From: Lama guanicoe
Taxonomy: Eukaryota
Direction of reading: 5' to 3'
Length of the DNA stretch: 64,000 nucleotides
Assembly: GCA_013239625.1 (NCBI GenBank)
Contig: MU053652.1
Location: 434,001 to 498,000 of the forward strand
The translations under genes and the position numbers were made by a program. Under the pieces are notes generated by a model, which was not told where the DNA came from, did not search any database, and was given only the letters and a program-made list of their open reading frames with translations. Positions 37,761 to 50,130 of the stretch are shown in pieces; the stretch's first letter is position 1; each line of letters starts with the position of its first letter.

Positions 37761-40624
37761 GGTTAAGGAAGACTGAGCAGGGGCACACCAGCAGGAATGA
37801 AGCAGGAACCATGGATTCAGGTAGCCCGAAGTAAGAGCTGTGCCTTTGGTGCAAGCATGAGGTGAGGATACTCTTTTAGTGTAAAGAAGACAGAGTGATG
37901 TTTAGGCCAACACTAAAAGAGATGGAAAAACTATCTTTGAAAAAATGGTCAAATCTTATCTCCTCAACAAATGACCAGCCATGTTCTGCCACGAAAATGC
38001 AATACTCTCTTCAGTAAGTTGAAAAATATTTCAGGAAGAGGAGAATCCTAATGTAATATCTCAACAGATATTCTACTATGAAAACAATTGTCTGCCAGCC
38101 TCCTCCATTCCATTCCATGAATAGCTTCTTAATATAATAAAGCTCGGCATTTACCATATCAAGTAGTTAAAAGGATGTGCACAGAAAATAAACTTCTATG
38201 CTTCTTTCCTTGACTTTCTCTCCTCCTGACCATCTACTAGGGCCAAAGGGCTGGAGTTTTCTTCACGTTATCTAGTCTCCAGACTTGGAACCACTTCTGC
38301 TGAGGTCATCATTTGGTTCACTTTTCAAAAGAATAATAGACAGCTGTCCCTTCTTCCCTTTCTAAAGTCACACTGACATGGAACAATCAAAGTAACCCAT
38401 TATCAGAGAATTCCCTGCTTTGTTCAAATTATAAACATCAATGGGCCTCTCTCCTAGGAATTCAAAGACTAGGTGAGTGTGGGTGAGCGAGGCTTGTTGT
38501 TAGCAGAATAAACCAGGTTCTCTTGCTGCTTTGTTTTAACAAAGGCAGCACAAGCAATGATTACAGCTCACTTGGGTTTGGCGCTGACTAGCAAATGCTG
38601 ACAGCTACTTAAATCACTCACCGGGTGGAATAATCACCCTGAAAGGAACTGAGAGGGTACAACTTATATTATAAAATGGATCTGAGCACATGAGACAAAG
38701 TATTAACAGGGGTGGTACAAGAGGTCTTTGTCAGAATAACAGGGAGGATGGAAGACATGAATTGGACATTACCTGTACTGGGGACTCTTAGTGACATGAA
38801 CACAACAGGTAAATCGTGCAATTACAAAGTTGAGTGTAACTCAGCGAGCATCCTTCTCTTCTGGAAAACAGCTGAAGCCAGGCGAGCCTGTGTGACTCTC
38901 CCCATGACTTGCTATAGAGAGTGTGTCCTCTCTGGCCTTGTGGAACCCTTTCAGGAGGGCTAGAACAGAAATGTGGAATACTGTGCTGCTAGAAATAAGA
39001 CTGCATCACTCAGGGTTAGACTTTGACGGCCCACCAAACGAAAGGACTCCTTGCAATCACCACTAATAAACCGACCGAAGCAGCCCGACATTCGCAAGCG
39101 TCAAAGAAAACCAGGACAACAGCTGTTCTTCTGCAGCTAGCAAAAGGGAAAGTCAGCGGTTTCCGGTTTGTTTTGTTTTTTGTTTTTTTGGGTGGATGGG
39201 GTGAGTCTGGGAGATAAGATGACTAATTTCAACTACTACTTGTGACAGGTCCCCTGACATGACAGGATTATCCAGTGGAAGACCTTCCAAGGATGCCTAC
39301 TTCGGCAGAGCCTGCTCAGACGCTGTACTGCGCCCCGCTCTCCTTAGTAAGTGAATACATTTCTAAGAACAAACATGTATAATTTTACTGTCAGCTAAAA
39401 GTAATGCTTTAATCAATAAAAAGTGTAAACATAAAAGCATAAATAAGAAGTAGTATTTAAGAAGAATTCTAAAGCAGAGTATGTGATCTCAGCTGCCTCC
39501 TCCTTCTATCCATTTTCCTCACCCTCTGCCGACCTCCAGGACAGCCATGTGATCAGCACCGGCCTGTAAGTCGTGTGCATGTCAAGGACTCCTAGACTCT
39601 GTCCATGGGGCCTGTGTTTCCAAGCAATGATTTACTCCAGTGAATTTCATCCACATCTCTTCCCTCTCTGGGCTGCAAATCATGGTTTAAGTAATAATAA
39701 CTTTTCAAAACAGTGATAAAAATTAACTTACTCTGAAGTTCATGGTCCAAATGATAAGCATTTTCCTTCTAATAATCTTCTAACAGTTAACTCTAATACT
39801 AAGTTCAGAGAAAATATAATTTCTTTCATGTTCTTGCTGTTATTTTGCTTTTTTCCACCCCGTTTTCTGTCTCTCCATTCAAGCATTCAATCTGCCATCT
39901 CCTTTATTCCTTCTTTGTATCATTTTTTCTTTATTTGCCTTTAACTGCTTAACACTTCTGAACTAGCACTTTTTAAAAGTATTTATGTTATGGTTACTGA
40001 ATAAAGTGTGTATATCCTCAAGTTTTCAAATTATTTTCTGAGTCACTAATCTGATAGAAAGAGGGTTCCCATTTTGACTTCATACCCTATTCCTTAATTT
40101 CCTTGAAATGTATAATGAAACCATCTTTCATCCATCTCTTTTCCAGAATAATTTCTCTCAGTCTCTATTTTCTAGCACCATAATCACTTCTTTTATTCTC
40201 TTTTTAGATACTTTTTCATTCATTTCCTATCAGTTAAAATGAAAATGACCGCATGCTCAGCTTTGAGCTCTGAGACAGTTTCTACCCTTGAGAAGTTATA
40301 AGGAGGACAAAGAGTATTGCTTTCTGTTCTTGAGACATGGTGGTTCAACCTTATACGGTTTTGTGTTTCTAAGGTTTAATATCAAGCTATGTTAACACGG
40401 ACCCTTTTTGGTTTCCTGCGCCCTACACAGGGAAGCGGAGATGACTTCCCTTTGCAGAATCACAAAATACCAGAGGTTCAGCACCAGCAGAATTCCTGCA
40501 CCGACCTCCTGACAACACAAACACATCCCGTAAGATGACGTGTGTACACACTCGCATTTCAAATCAAAGTACTCAGTTAAGTTCCTCAGCTGTCCCTACA
40601 AGAACCACCCTGCAAGGTACTCAC

Positions 40625-40803
40625 TCTGGGATGTAGAAAGATTGGAGAAAGCCGACTTCGTTCGACCTGCTAACCATTCCAAGCTTTCATGCATATTGGC
40701 CAAGGCTTTGAGGTCGCTGACGTCACGGAGGATGTCTTGTGGAGGGATTAATTTATCACCCAGGTTCCCAATAAGAACTTCTGATTCCTTGCCAAAGGCT
40801 GCC
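40625..40803 (-). CDS. EXOC4: Exocyst complex component 4 (Sec8), next coding exon, 179 nt (probably exon 14)
   Basis: Translates to (R)[59 protein letters not shown]. Acceptor ctgacttgttttgcAG (40805-40804); donor A|GTgagt (40624-40623). AG from the previous exon plus G makes an Arg codon, so the exons splice in frame. Confidence 0.97.
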
Positions 40804-42329
40804 CTGCAAAACAAGTCAGAAACACACTTTACATCCAGCATGGAAAAGACAGGGCTGGACAAGACTTTCTAACACATGTCTAGCAAAATGGTTGTTATAG
40901 TCATGGTATTTCAGCAGGCTGTTTTTCCTAGGTTTAATTTTGTGAGAAAATTATCATATATATATGCACACTTAAAACCACTCTGGTAGGAGAAAGAGTT
41001 CTGGAAGCAGGACGAAGTGACTCTGATTCTTGTACCTTCAACAGGAACCAGTGTGGACCTGACATTTACAAGGGCAGTTCCCAGGGGTGGCTTCCATGTC
41101 TGTTCTTTTGAAATAGGCTTTTCCCTTGCCTCTTCTGCTGTGGGAGTTGAAGAACAGCTTAGGGTGTTACCGATACACATGGTTGGAAGGTTATTATAAT
41201 CTATAAAACAACCAAGTTAACCTGGCACCTAGACAATGTTTTAAAACGTTCAAAAACAAAGAGGGCCCAGCCTCTTTAAGAAAGCAGATTATAGTTGAGA
41301 TGGATGACAAGCCTCACTCATTCATTCATTTATTCACTTGTCCTAAAAAGGATCGGAGGCAAGTAAGCTATAAAGCATGAAGGTATTCATTATTTGGACA
41401 GAGAAATTAGTAAAAATCAATGTGGGATCCTTTTCCTGGCTGGAAAAATATAATCAGGTGGATTTCACAAAAAGCCCGGTATCTTCGTAATGTTTTTCTT
41501 GTTTCCGGGGGGTTGAAAAATCAAGTTATGTGGGGTTACAGAAGAATGAAGTTGGAAGGGACCCCCAAGACCATATGCCACAGCCATTGCACAGATGAAG
41601 CAATGGAGGCTCAGGAGGTTGACTGTTTTGCCCACAGGACACACAACTGGCAGGGCTGGGACTTAGGTCACCTAAATCCCATAGCTTTTTTCCTTTCAAA
41701 CACAAGGCTGAAATGATACAAGACGACTGACAGTGTTAGGGAGAAAAATCACACCTTTTCTGGAAAGTTACGCCCAGGTGGGTAAGCAGAGCTGATGCTG
41801 CCGGAGGCTAGAACAGGTACCTGTAGGTTTTCTGTAAGTCTCAAAGCTTTTAAAACTCACAACACCTTAAATGAATAGAAGGCAAGGGCTTTATTTAAAT
41901 AGAACAAACCAAATTATTAAGTTTCAATTAGCAGTGATTATTAATAGTTGACATACAGCCAGACGGATGTGTAACTGACACCTAGGCATTTAGTGCCCAG
42001 CGCTACAGCAGACACTGGATGTTGAAAGAAGTGACTGCTATGAACTAAATTGCTTATTAAGTTATTATTAAATGCTACCAAGTAGTGGCTCATGATAAGG
42101 CTTTTTATTTCAACAGAGGGTAACATTTTTTAAGGAAGGGCCTGATTGACTAAGTCGGGAAAGTTGGGGTTACAGAGTCAGTAACAGTGCAGTGGTCAGA
42201 GCCCAGGAACCCTGGATGTGCATACAATCCTTACTCGGGGGGTCTTGTTAAAGGTCTTGGGTGGGACCCAAAAGTCTGCATTTCTAACCAGTTTCAGTCT
42301 CCTCATCTGGGAAGCATGTTTTCTTTGTA

Positions 42330-42745
42330 TGCTAAGGGTTAGCGCACAGGCTATTAAGTCAGACCAACACGGGTCTGAATCCTCAATCTGCCACTCAGTG
42401 GCTGTGTGATGCTGCTCGACTGCCCAGAGCACTGTTAGCTATGGGTTATAGTACTGACCTCGTATATGAAATAACATAAGTAGAAGGTGAAGTGATTTAA
42501 GAACTTCACTGGGAAAATTTCAATTATTACAAAAGTAGAGAGAAGAGTATAAATAATAAACTCCCAGGTATCCGCTGCTCAGCTTCAATTACTAGCAATT
42601 CACTGCATTATTTCATTTATTCATCTCTACTTCCCATTCCACCCCCTCGTGGATTTTAAAGCAGATTAATCAGGTGGTGTTACGTGCATAACACAGGGCA
42701 CGGAATTCGGTGAAAGCTAGTAAGTTGTAGTTATTATTATTCTTA
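42330..42745 (+). mobile_element. MIR interrupted by an antisense L1MC/ME fragment (about 42500-42665)
   Basis: MIR head 'gggtctgaatcctcaatctgccact', L1 'acaaaagtagagagaagagtataa…cagcttcaa', MIR tail 'tagttattattatt'. Confidence 0.55.
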
Positions 42746-43069
42746 GCTCTGTTGAGATGGCTGGTTTATTCAGCATCAACCCAGGGTATGCTATGATGAA
42801 TAAATGAAATAGATGAGTGATCAGAAGTACGTAAGTTAGATCTCAAGGGCTAGTTTTACAAATGGAAGCTTGGAACATCATAGCAAACATTACTCTGTCT
42901 CAAGGGTCCAGACTTGTCAGAGTCTTCAAGAGGTAAATCACTGTGACTGAAACCACCAGTTGCCTACCCGGTACCTATGGTCTCACACCTCCTCAGTAAA
43001 AGGACCTTGATGTTGCTGCGGTAAACAATGGACCCAACTTCAAAACAAAAAATAAACCAAACCAAAAAT

Positions 43070-43463
43070 GCTGCTCAGTTTCCCAGCCCCTCTTTCAGAT
43101 GTGGCGGTCAGGGAGATAAAAGTTAGAATCAGGAAGTGGGCTTCCGAGAAAGTTCTTTCAAGCAGTCGTAGTTGGCAGGGACCTTTTCTGTCTCCCCCTT
43201 TCTGGAAAGCAGCCATGGTAAGTGAGGCTGCAGTAGCTCTGCTTCAGACAGACACCAGGTGACCTTGAGGATGAAGAGAAAGCTGAGGATAAAGGAGCCA
43301 GGAGGGTCTGGGGGCACTGATGACATCACACAACTGCCATGTGGCCTCAGACAACACATTTTTGAACTTCACGTTATAGGAGAGAAAATGAAACCTCATT
43401 CGTTTAAGCCACTGCAATTCCAAGTTTCTGCTACTAGCAGCGAAATGTAATTTCAACTGACAC
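43070..43463 (+). mobile_element. MaLR LTR (MLT1H/I-like)
   Basis: End 'gtttaagccactgcaattccaagtttctgctactagcagcgaaatgtaatttcaactgacaca'. Confidence 0.7.
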
Positions 43464-44249
43464 AATTATCTAATTAGCATAAGTGATGTCACCCTCAGAA
43501 AACTTCCTGTGAATTTAGCTCTCCCTAAAATCGAGTTACCGGGGAAAGCAAAACAGTATCTCCTCCATCATTCGAGCCCAGCAGACAGTTGTAAGATCTT
43601 CCCCTTGGCTGTCACTCCGTCAGGTTGTAAATATTTAGTTTTCTTAATCTGTCCTTATATATCAACTTTCCCGGCCCTTTAATCATCTTTGATAGATATA
43701 ACAGAAAATGCCTCTGAGCTGCGTTGTTAAAAAGCAACAAGGGAAGCGAATGGCTTTGAAAACCAGGCTTGGAGCCACTTTTATGCATGTAGGTGTAACC
43801 CTGGGTGGAATGTGACAATCAAGACAAATGTATTTATGTAACAGTCTAATCTGCTTATGCGCGGATCTCTGGGCCCTGGGCAGGTCTGCCGTGTGCTGCC
43901 AGCTAGATGCCTATTCCATTCCCCTTCGGCTCACTGAGATCTGCTTAACTTCCTCCGACGGGAGAGCAACAGACTGAGAAAAATACAAACTGCCTCATGT
44001 TGAATACATAGTAGACATCTCATTTGACAGGAATCCATAATCACCCCCTAACAACCTGGAGAGAGCACTGGAACTGTGACTTTGGGAATAAATGATTGAC
44101 AGCTATAACCATTTCACACGTAAAAATCATTCCTTCGAGGATTCGTGTGTGTCAGAGAGTTTGGTGGACGGTTTTTATGCGTTACACTAACTTTAAGGGG
44201 ATGGCTTTAGCTGCACAACTACGGATTTTTTCCTCAACCCTCTAACTTA

Positions 44250-44575
44250 TTAAATGAATTATGGCATATCCACACTATGGAAAACTATGCAGGCATTAGA
44301 AATTATATAGCAGAAAACATCTGGTACCAAAGAAAAATGTTTGGTATAGTTTATTTTTAGCCATTTTAGCTGAGTAAAATAAGCTGCTATAAAACTGTAT
44401 GCATCTATGATATTTAAAAAGAACATAATTATATATCTATATGAACCGAAAAATGATCAGATATCTCTATACCAAAATGTTAATTGTGTGACTGGATCAT
44501 GATTCATGCTTCTCTGTAATTTTTAGACTTTCTCCAAAGAACATGTTCACTTTCTCATTGAAAAGAAAAAACTGA
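44250..44575 (+). mobile_element. L1ME 3' fragment
   Basis: 'aaatgaattatggcatatccacactatggaaaactatgcagg', 'ataccaaaatgttaa'. Confidence 0.65.
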
Positions 44576-44746
44576 AAACCCTACCACAAATCAGAAGAAC
44601 TTTCAAATGGACACATCAAGCATCTCAGCCTGCAAAATTGGAGGACGTGGGTATTACAGTTTCTTGAGCCAAACTGGAAGTGATGGTTGGTTACTCTTAA
44701 GGCTGGTTTGGACCGGGGTTCCAGGCTTACTCAAGACATAGTAAGA

Positions 44747-44864
44747 GGGGAGGCGAGGTAACAGCTCAGTGGTAGAGCTCATGCTTAGCATGCACAAGGT
44801 CCTGGGTTCAATCCTCAGCACCTCTACTTTAAAAAAAAAAAAAAGAAGAAGAAGAAAAGAAAAA
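44747..44864 (+). mobile_element. Camelid tRNA-Ala-derived SINE, short form
   Basis: A box 'agctcagtggtagagc', anticodon arm 'gcttagcatgc', B box 'ggttcaatcc', A/GAA tail. Confidence 0.9.
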
Positions 44865-45232
44865 TAGATGCGGTCAGTGTTCATGGCAGAGACCTCACTG
44901 TCAGAATGACTACCTGCCAGCATCTGGGTCAGTACTGTTTCCTCTTTCTAGACCTGAATTTTTACTTAGCCTTCATCTTCTGCTTATAATGAAAACACAC
45001 TGTTTAATGAAGGTATTACAGGTTTGTGTGAAGTGGGAAGTAGAAAACTCATTCTCTGAAGAAGCTGAAGTAAGAGGCATTCAATCATGACCCAAAGATT
45101 AGCTGACACATCCAGGAACAGAAACCAGAACTCAAAAGCTGTGCGTTTCAGGTACTGAACCCTACGTGAGAAGTCACTTTACCATCAGTAGGCCAACGTG
45201 CTCACGCAGGGGCCCAAGAAACTGAGAGTATT

Positions 45233-45410
45233 AAACCTGTGAAGCTTAATTTTACCAATTATAATCGTTAAAGAGATTGATCTGACAAGAATTCATTTCA
45301 GAGAATTTTGCCAAGAGTGTAAAACCTGTTTAACTTAATTTTACTACACAATTATAATCTTTAAAGAAGTCAATCTGACAAGAATTCATTTCAAAGAATT
45401 TTGCGAAAGA
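45233..45410. repeat. Tandem duplication, period about 89 bp, two copies
   Basis: 'aaacctgt…cttaattttac…caattataatc…atctgacaagaattcatttca.agaattttgc' starts at 45233 and again at 45322. Confidence 0.9.
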
Positions 45411-45550
45411 CGCCAAAAATTGTCTCCATTTAGTCTTTAAATGATTCTGTTACTCCCTGAAATTTTAGGAAGGAAAAAAAAATCTGCGCTTTCATCAGAC
45501 TAAATTCACTTACAAAAGAAACATCACAACTAGTTTCAAAATGATTGACT

Positions 45551-45648
45551 GGGGGTGGGGTTGGATATAGTAGAGCGGTAGAGCACACGCTTAGCATGCA
45601 CAAGGTCCTGGGTTCAATTCCCAGTACCTCCATTAAAAAAAAAAAAAA
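45551..45648 (+). mobile_element. Camelid tRNA-Ala-derived SINE, short form
   Basis: 'ggtagagcacacgcttagcatgcacaaggtcctgggttcaattcccagtacctcc' plus poly(A). Confidence 0.9.
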
Positions 45649-45879
45649 GATCGATTTGAAGATCTGGTTGTATTTGACCACATGACATACACTCAGACTC
45701 TGCCTCACACCCCAGTCTTCGACCATTGTTGACCTTGCTGTAAGACAACTGCCCCAAGAGCCAGGAAACACTGCCCAAAGGGAAGTCCCCTATAATCCAG
45801 CACAGGGCAAGGACACGGACTGGCTCAAGTGAAGCAGCAGACAGAGTAGACTCCTTGCATCTTGGAGGGGGCAGTGCTG

Positions 45880-46860
45880 TACCCACGCTCAGTATGCATT
45901 GCTTTCTTGGCCTGAAATGTTTCTAACAGTCAGGAGATTTACTCAAGGTCCTATCTGCAATCATGATATCCTATTCAACAATGTTGCTGGCCAAGAAACT
46001 TATTTTACAGCAAAAGAAGTAAGGCAGGGCCCACTCTCCCAAAATTGCCCTCTTTTGCTGCACATCCAAACCCTAGAAGGAGCGGGGCTGACAGAGGGGT
46101 CAGACGGTGAAATGGACTATGCAGGATTCAGCTTTGGTCCAGCTGGGATACAACACTTACAAGGCAGGAGTGCTGGAGCACTCTGACCCAGAGCCAATCT
46201 ACAGTGGTTTTATTATTAAATTTTAATAATAACAAGAAAATATGGGTCTGGGAACCAAGGATTAGAAGTAGTAATGGTTCCCTCTTCTCATTATTAAAAC
46301 AATTCACGGAGGTTTTGCTCCCACAACTTCGGGCTAAACTGGTCTGCAGGTACTCAGGAAGGACCGCTTCCACCAGAAAATACACCAACGACCGAATTAT
46401 ATGGGTAGGAGAGACTGCCATCTGGCCATATGGGGCTTCTCACACTACTGAACCAACAGGTGGAGAAAGGGGTCACTTTCATGCCTGGAATGACTCACCT
46501 CAATTGCCAAGAGTTGCTTCTATGCAACAAAGCAGAGAGGACTATGTCCGATTCACTGGAACCCCTTTGGGTATTTCCAGGTTCACAGTAACAGTAATGG
46601 GAAAAAACACAGCAGTCTAATCAAGGCAGAACTGTCAAGAACTCAGCTTTTCCAGGAACAAGCTCAGCTTCAACAAAAACAGGTAAAACACTCTGAGCAG
46701 CTGAGGTGCTGGCAGAGGGCAAGGGCAACGTGGGACGGATGGCAGAAGAAGGAAGTGATGAATGTGACCAGGAAGAGAAATGTGACCAGTTACAGAAATG
46801 GGGACTGTAACAGCGTGGCATTTTTTGCATATATTCATCAACTGTTTCTTTTTGTTTTCT
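45880..46860 (+). mobile_element. ERV-L internal fragment: decayed integrase and dUTPase
   Basis: Peptide 'AGQETYFTAKEVRQ' (cf. ERV-L integrase SDQGTHFTAKEVRQ); frame from 46412 reads RLPSGHMGLLTLLNQQVEKGVTFMPG (cf. ERV-L dUTPase RLPPGHFGLL…QQAKKGVTVLAG). Confidence 0.8.
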
Positions 46861-46869
46861 ACTTCCCTT

Positions 46870-47605
46870 ACTATTTTTTTTGTGGCCAAATATACTTAAG
46901 ATAAAACTTACTCTTTTAACCATTTCTAGGTGTACAGTGTAACAGCATTGAGTATATTCACAATGTTGTGCAACAAACATCACTCTTCCCAGAACTTTTC
47001 CATCTTCCCAAATAGAAACTCTGTCATCAGAGTTCCTCCTCCCAGTCCCTGGTAACCACTATTCCAGTTTGTCTATGAATTTGTCTATTCTTGATACCTC
47101 TTGTAAGTGGAATCAAATTTCCTTTTGTGTCTGGTTTATTTCACTTAGCATGTTTTCCAAGTTTAGCCGCATCGTAGTCTATCAGAATTTCATTCTTTTT
47201 TAAGGCTGCATATTTCATTGTGTGTATATACCACGTATTGTTTATCCTTTCATCTGCTCATGGACATTTGGACTGTTTCCACCTTTTGGCTATTGTGAAT
47301 AATGCTTCTATGAACACTGGTGCCGAAGGATCTGTTTGAATCTCTGCTTTCAGTTCTTCTGGGCACACACAGAGAAGTGGAATTGTTGGATCATATAGTA
47401 ATTCTATGTTTACCTTTTTCAGGAACTGCCAAACTGTTTTCCGGGGGGGGGGGCTGCACCATTTTACATTCCCATCAGCAATGCACAAGGGTTCTAACTT
47501 CTCCACATCCTCATCAAAATTTGCTATTTTCTGTTTTATTTTTAATTTTAATTTTTTAATAGTAACCCTCTTAATGGGTATGAGGTGCTATTTCCCCTGC
47601 TGTTT
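46870..47605 (-). mobile_element. L1MA/MB 3' end, inserted into the ERV-L
   Basis: ORF 47258-47506(-) 'EKLEPLCIADGNVKWC…KTVWQFLKK…YDPTIPLL…LFTIAKRWKQSKCP' is the L1 ORF2 C-terminus; 3' UTR follows. Confidence 0.9.
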
Positions 47606-47809
47606 TACATGACAGCTGGTAGTATTAATTTTCCGTTTCAGTTCAGAGGTCACCACTTGACACGGACGGAGGGCTGTAGAGATTCGAGACTTGAGATGAA
47701 CTCAATGACAGATGAGACTGACTCACCCCTGCTGGGGAGAGCAGTAGAATGCTTTTATCAAGCAGAAGTACCAAGTTTTAATGGATACAGAATAAAAAAG
47801 GGGTGAACC

Positions 47810-48312
47810 CTAAAAGTCCTAGGCCTGTTTGCCCAAAGATCCATTCCTCACCTTTGCTCTGCTCTGCTCTATGCTGGGGGAGGCAGGGGCCAACTCCAGC
47901 AAGCTGTTTTCCACCTTCTCAGCTGGAAACTGACAACGGGAGGCCCTGGCAGGAAACTTACCGCTAAAAAGAAAGGAGAGGCCAAGCCATTTCCATTTCT
48001 CTCCCTCCCTCTCTGCCCTGGATGATGTCTCCAATGACCGACACATCTTCTTTTTGGTTCTAGCTCCAACCATGCCCCAAACGCCTTTAGGTGTCTTTGT
48101 GCTACAGTAAATGCCCCCTCCCTTTGGCACTTCAGCTAAAGGGAGGCAGTGGCTACTTGCTGTTGTTAACCTGTGGTTGTCTTAAGGTCTCCTGCTGGAC
48201 GCTCAGATCCTCATTCACCCGGATAACCAATTCTCTCCGTTTCATTCTCACTTGAATTCAAGGGAACACTTGCAGCAGTTTCTGTTTTCTGTGCCAGACC
48301 CTGACCTAATCA
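47810..48312 (+). mobile_element. ERVL LTR33-like LTR (probable 3' LTR), preceded by a polypurine tract
   Basis: PPT-like 'aaaaaaggggtgaac' at 47794-47808; LTR33 motifs 'agtggctacttgctgttgttaacctgtggttg', 'taaccaattc', end 'tttctgttttctgtgccagaccctgacctaatca'. Confidence 0.75.
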
Positions 48313-49075
48313 AGACCTAATAAGATGTTTGCCCATATTCAGTGCAACTGGAAATTACATTCTTTGGCATGGGATACATTAGTTCTGCTGCATAGGTAAA
48401 GAAACTGAGACATGTTAAGGTGACCAGTAAAGATCACTTAGCTATTATCTGTCAGAGCTTAAACTGATGAAGGTTATAAAAAAGTCAGGTCACCTACCTA
48501 GATTCCTAATAATACCGACAGATTCTTATGAGATGTGTCAATGACACTTTCATCTATCACTTCTGCTTTTTACAACTGCTCAATCTTCAACACTTTCAAA
48601 ACCTGTCTAATTTGTCTGTGTCAGAGATAATGGAGGTGGTACCATTCTGATGGGTTTTTTAATCAAGTTTTCAAAAATTGTTTTTCTAAAATGCTCTTGG
48701 CTAAACTCTCATAAATAGGAAGAAATAAAATCGTCCAGTTATCTTGATTACGATATTATTTTTTTTCTCCTAGAAACTGCTAAAACTCATCACTGAGTCT
48801 ATCCTTCAATGGTTTTCATCACACACTATGATCTGAGTAGCTATTTTTCACATTTAACGAGTAATTGCTCCTCTTTAGAAATGTGGCTCCTCCTTCAATG
48901 ATCACAATCAAGGATTTTTCATTTGCTTTCTTTGCCCACTGTTCATCCACGAGTTAGAAACTCGCAGTGCTCTCGAGGGGCGAGATGAGGTTGAGCGGTC
49001 CACAGCTCGGTGCAGAGGCAGAACTGGGAATAAGTCAGGGAGGGTCCTTAGCGTGTCCTTTGGGACTTAGAACAA

Positions 49076-49148
49076 TCTCTCTCTCTCTCTCTCTCCCCCT
49101 CATTCTCCCTCTCTCCCTCCCTTTCTCTCCCTCTCCCTCTCCCTCTCT
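49076..49148. repeat. (CT)n/(CTCC)n polypyrimidine tract
   Basis: 'tctctctctctctctctctccccct…ctctccctctccctc'. Confidence 0.85.
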
Positions 49149-49494
49149 ATTTGGTTGCAGGGCAAATGGAGTTTCTGGGTTTCTATTCAGAGATGGCAGC
49201 CAAAGAAATTAATCATGCCCATTATTAAGGTGGACTGTGGGGTGCTCACCAGCTCTTCAGTCTGTACTTTTAAATCACCTTGTTCAATGCAACAGGCACA
49301 AACCACTAGATTTATGGATTCATGGTGTTCTGGCACTGAGAAGGATCTTGGTAGTTAGTCTAAACCAGTAGCTATAACCCTGGCTGTACAGTAAAAGCTT
49401 AACTAGGGAAGGTTAAACAAAATACCTGATGCCAAAAGCTACCTGCCAAAACTGAGTTAATTGGTCATGGGTGGGGCTCAGTCATGGGTATTTA

Positions 49495-50130
49495 TAGAAA
49501 TAGCTTTACTGAGAGAGAATTCATGTACCATAAAATTTACTCATTTAACACGTGCAGTTCAATGGTTTTTAGTTTAGTCAGTGTCACAAAATCAAACCAC
49601 AACTAATTTAGAACATTTTTATCACCTCAAAAGTATCCGTAACCATTAGACTTTCTGTTTATCCCCAAACCCAGCCCTAGATAACCACTAATCTGTTTTC
49701 TGTCTCTATAGATTTCCCTATTCTGGACGTTCATATATAATTCTTGTTCATATAAGGGGACTCACACAATGTCATCTTTGTGACTGGCTTCTTTTACTTA
49801 ACATGGTTTCGAGGTTAGCCCACGTTCATGCATGCAGCAGTACTTCTTTGATTAACAAACAGTACTTCACTGGATATATCACGGATCTATTCTATTTTGT
49901 TCATCTGTTCATCACTTGATGGACATTTGGGTTGTTTCCATTTTTTGGCTATTATGAATAATAACGTTAATGATCACTCATGTAGAAATTTTTGTGTGGA
50001 TGTATGTTTTCATTTCTTTTCAGTATATACACCTAGGAGTGGAACTGCTGGGTTACATGGTAATGCTAACTTTTTGAGAATATGCCAGGCTGTTTTCCAA
50101 AATTGGTGCATCATTTTACATTCCCACAGT
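49495..50130 (-). mobile_element. L1MB-type 3' end, apparently inserted in a MER5-like element (about 49365-49495)
   Basis: 'accactaatctgttttctgtctctatagatttccctattctggac', 'gatggacatttgggttgtttcca'. Confidence 0.85.

Larger units (their letters stand above)
1..40624 (-). other. EXOC4: EXOC4 intron, partial (>40.6 kb), phase 1
   Basis: Starts at donor GTGAGT. I did not see the expected next exon (MLSPAQ…) anywhere in 1-40624. Confidence 0.85.

Noticed and set aside
39295..39315. U6 snRNA-like 'cttcggcag'
   Set aside because: Only 9 nt match; flanks do not continue the alignment.
40804..40862. N-terminal extension [19 protein letters not shown] of the exon ORF
   Set aside because: Intronic read-through upstream of a clear acceptor; not in the recalled EXOC4 protein.
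40540..40872. 110-aa plus-strand ORF
   Set aside because: Antisense shadow of the EXOC4 exon; non-ATG start.
44747..44830. Functional tRNA-Ala(AGC) gene (also at 45551)
   Set aside because: Altered 5' end and stems, poly(A) tails and multiple dispersed copies (some with TSDs) indicate SINEs.
46204..46620. 138-aa ORF as an intact retroviral gene
   Set aside because: The dUTPase similarity is in a different frame and the element is frameshifted.
47627..48244. Direct repeat 'tccgtttca' as a TSD of an insertion
   Set aside because: The second copy lies inside the LTR33-like element and there is no poly(A) tail; likely coincidence.
7463..48312. The two LTR33-like LTRs as a 5'/3' pair of one provirus
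   Set aside because: They are 40 kb apart with an EXOC4 exon between them and are not closely similar.
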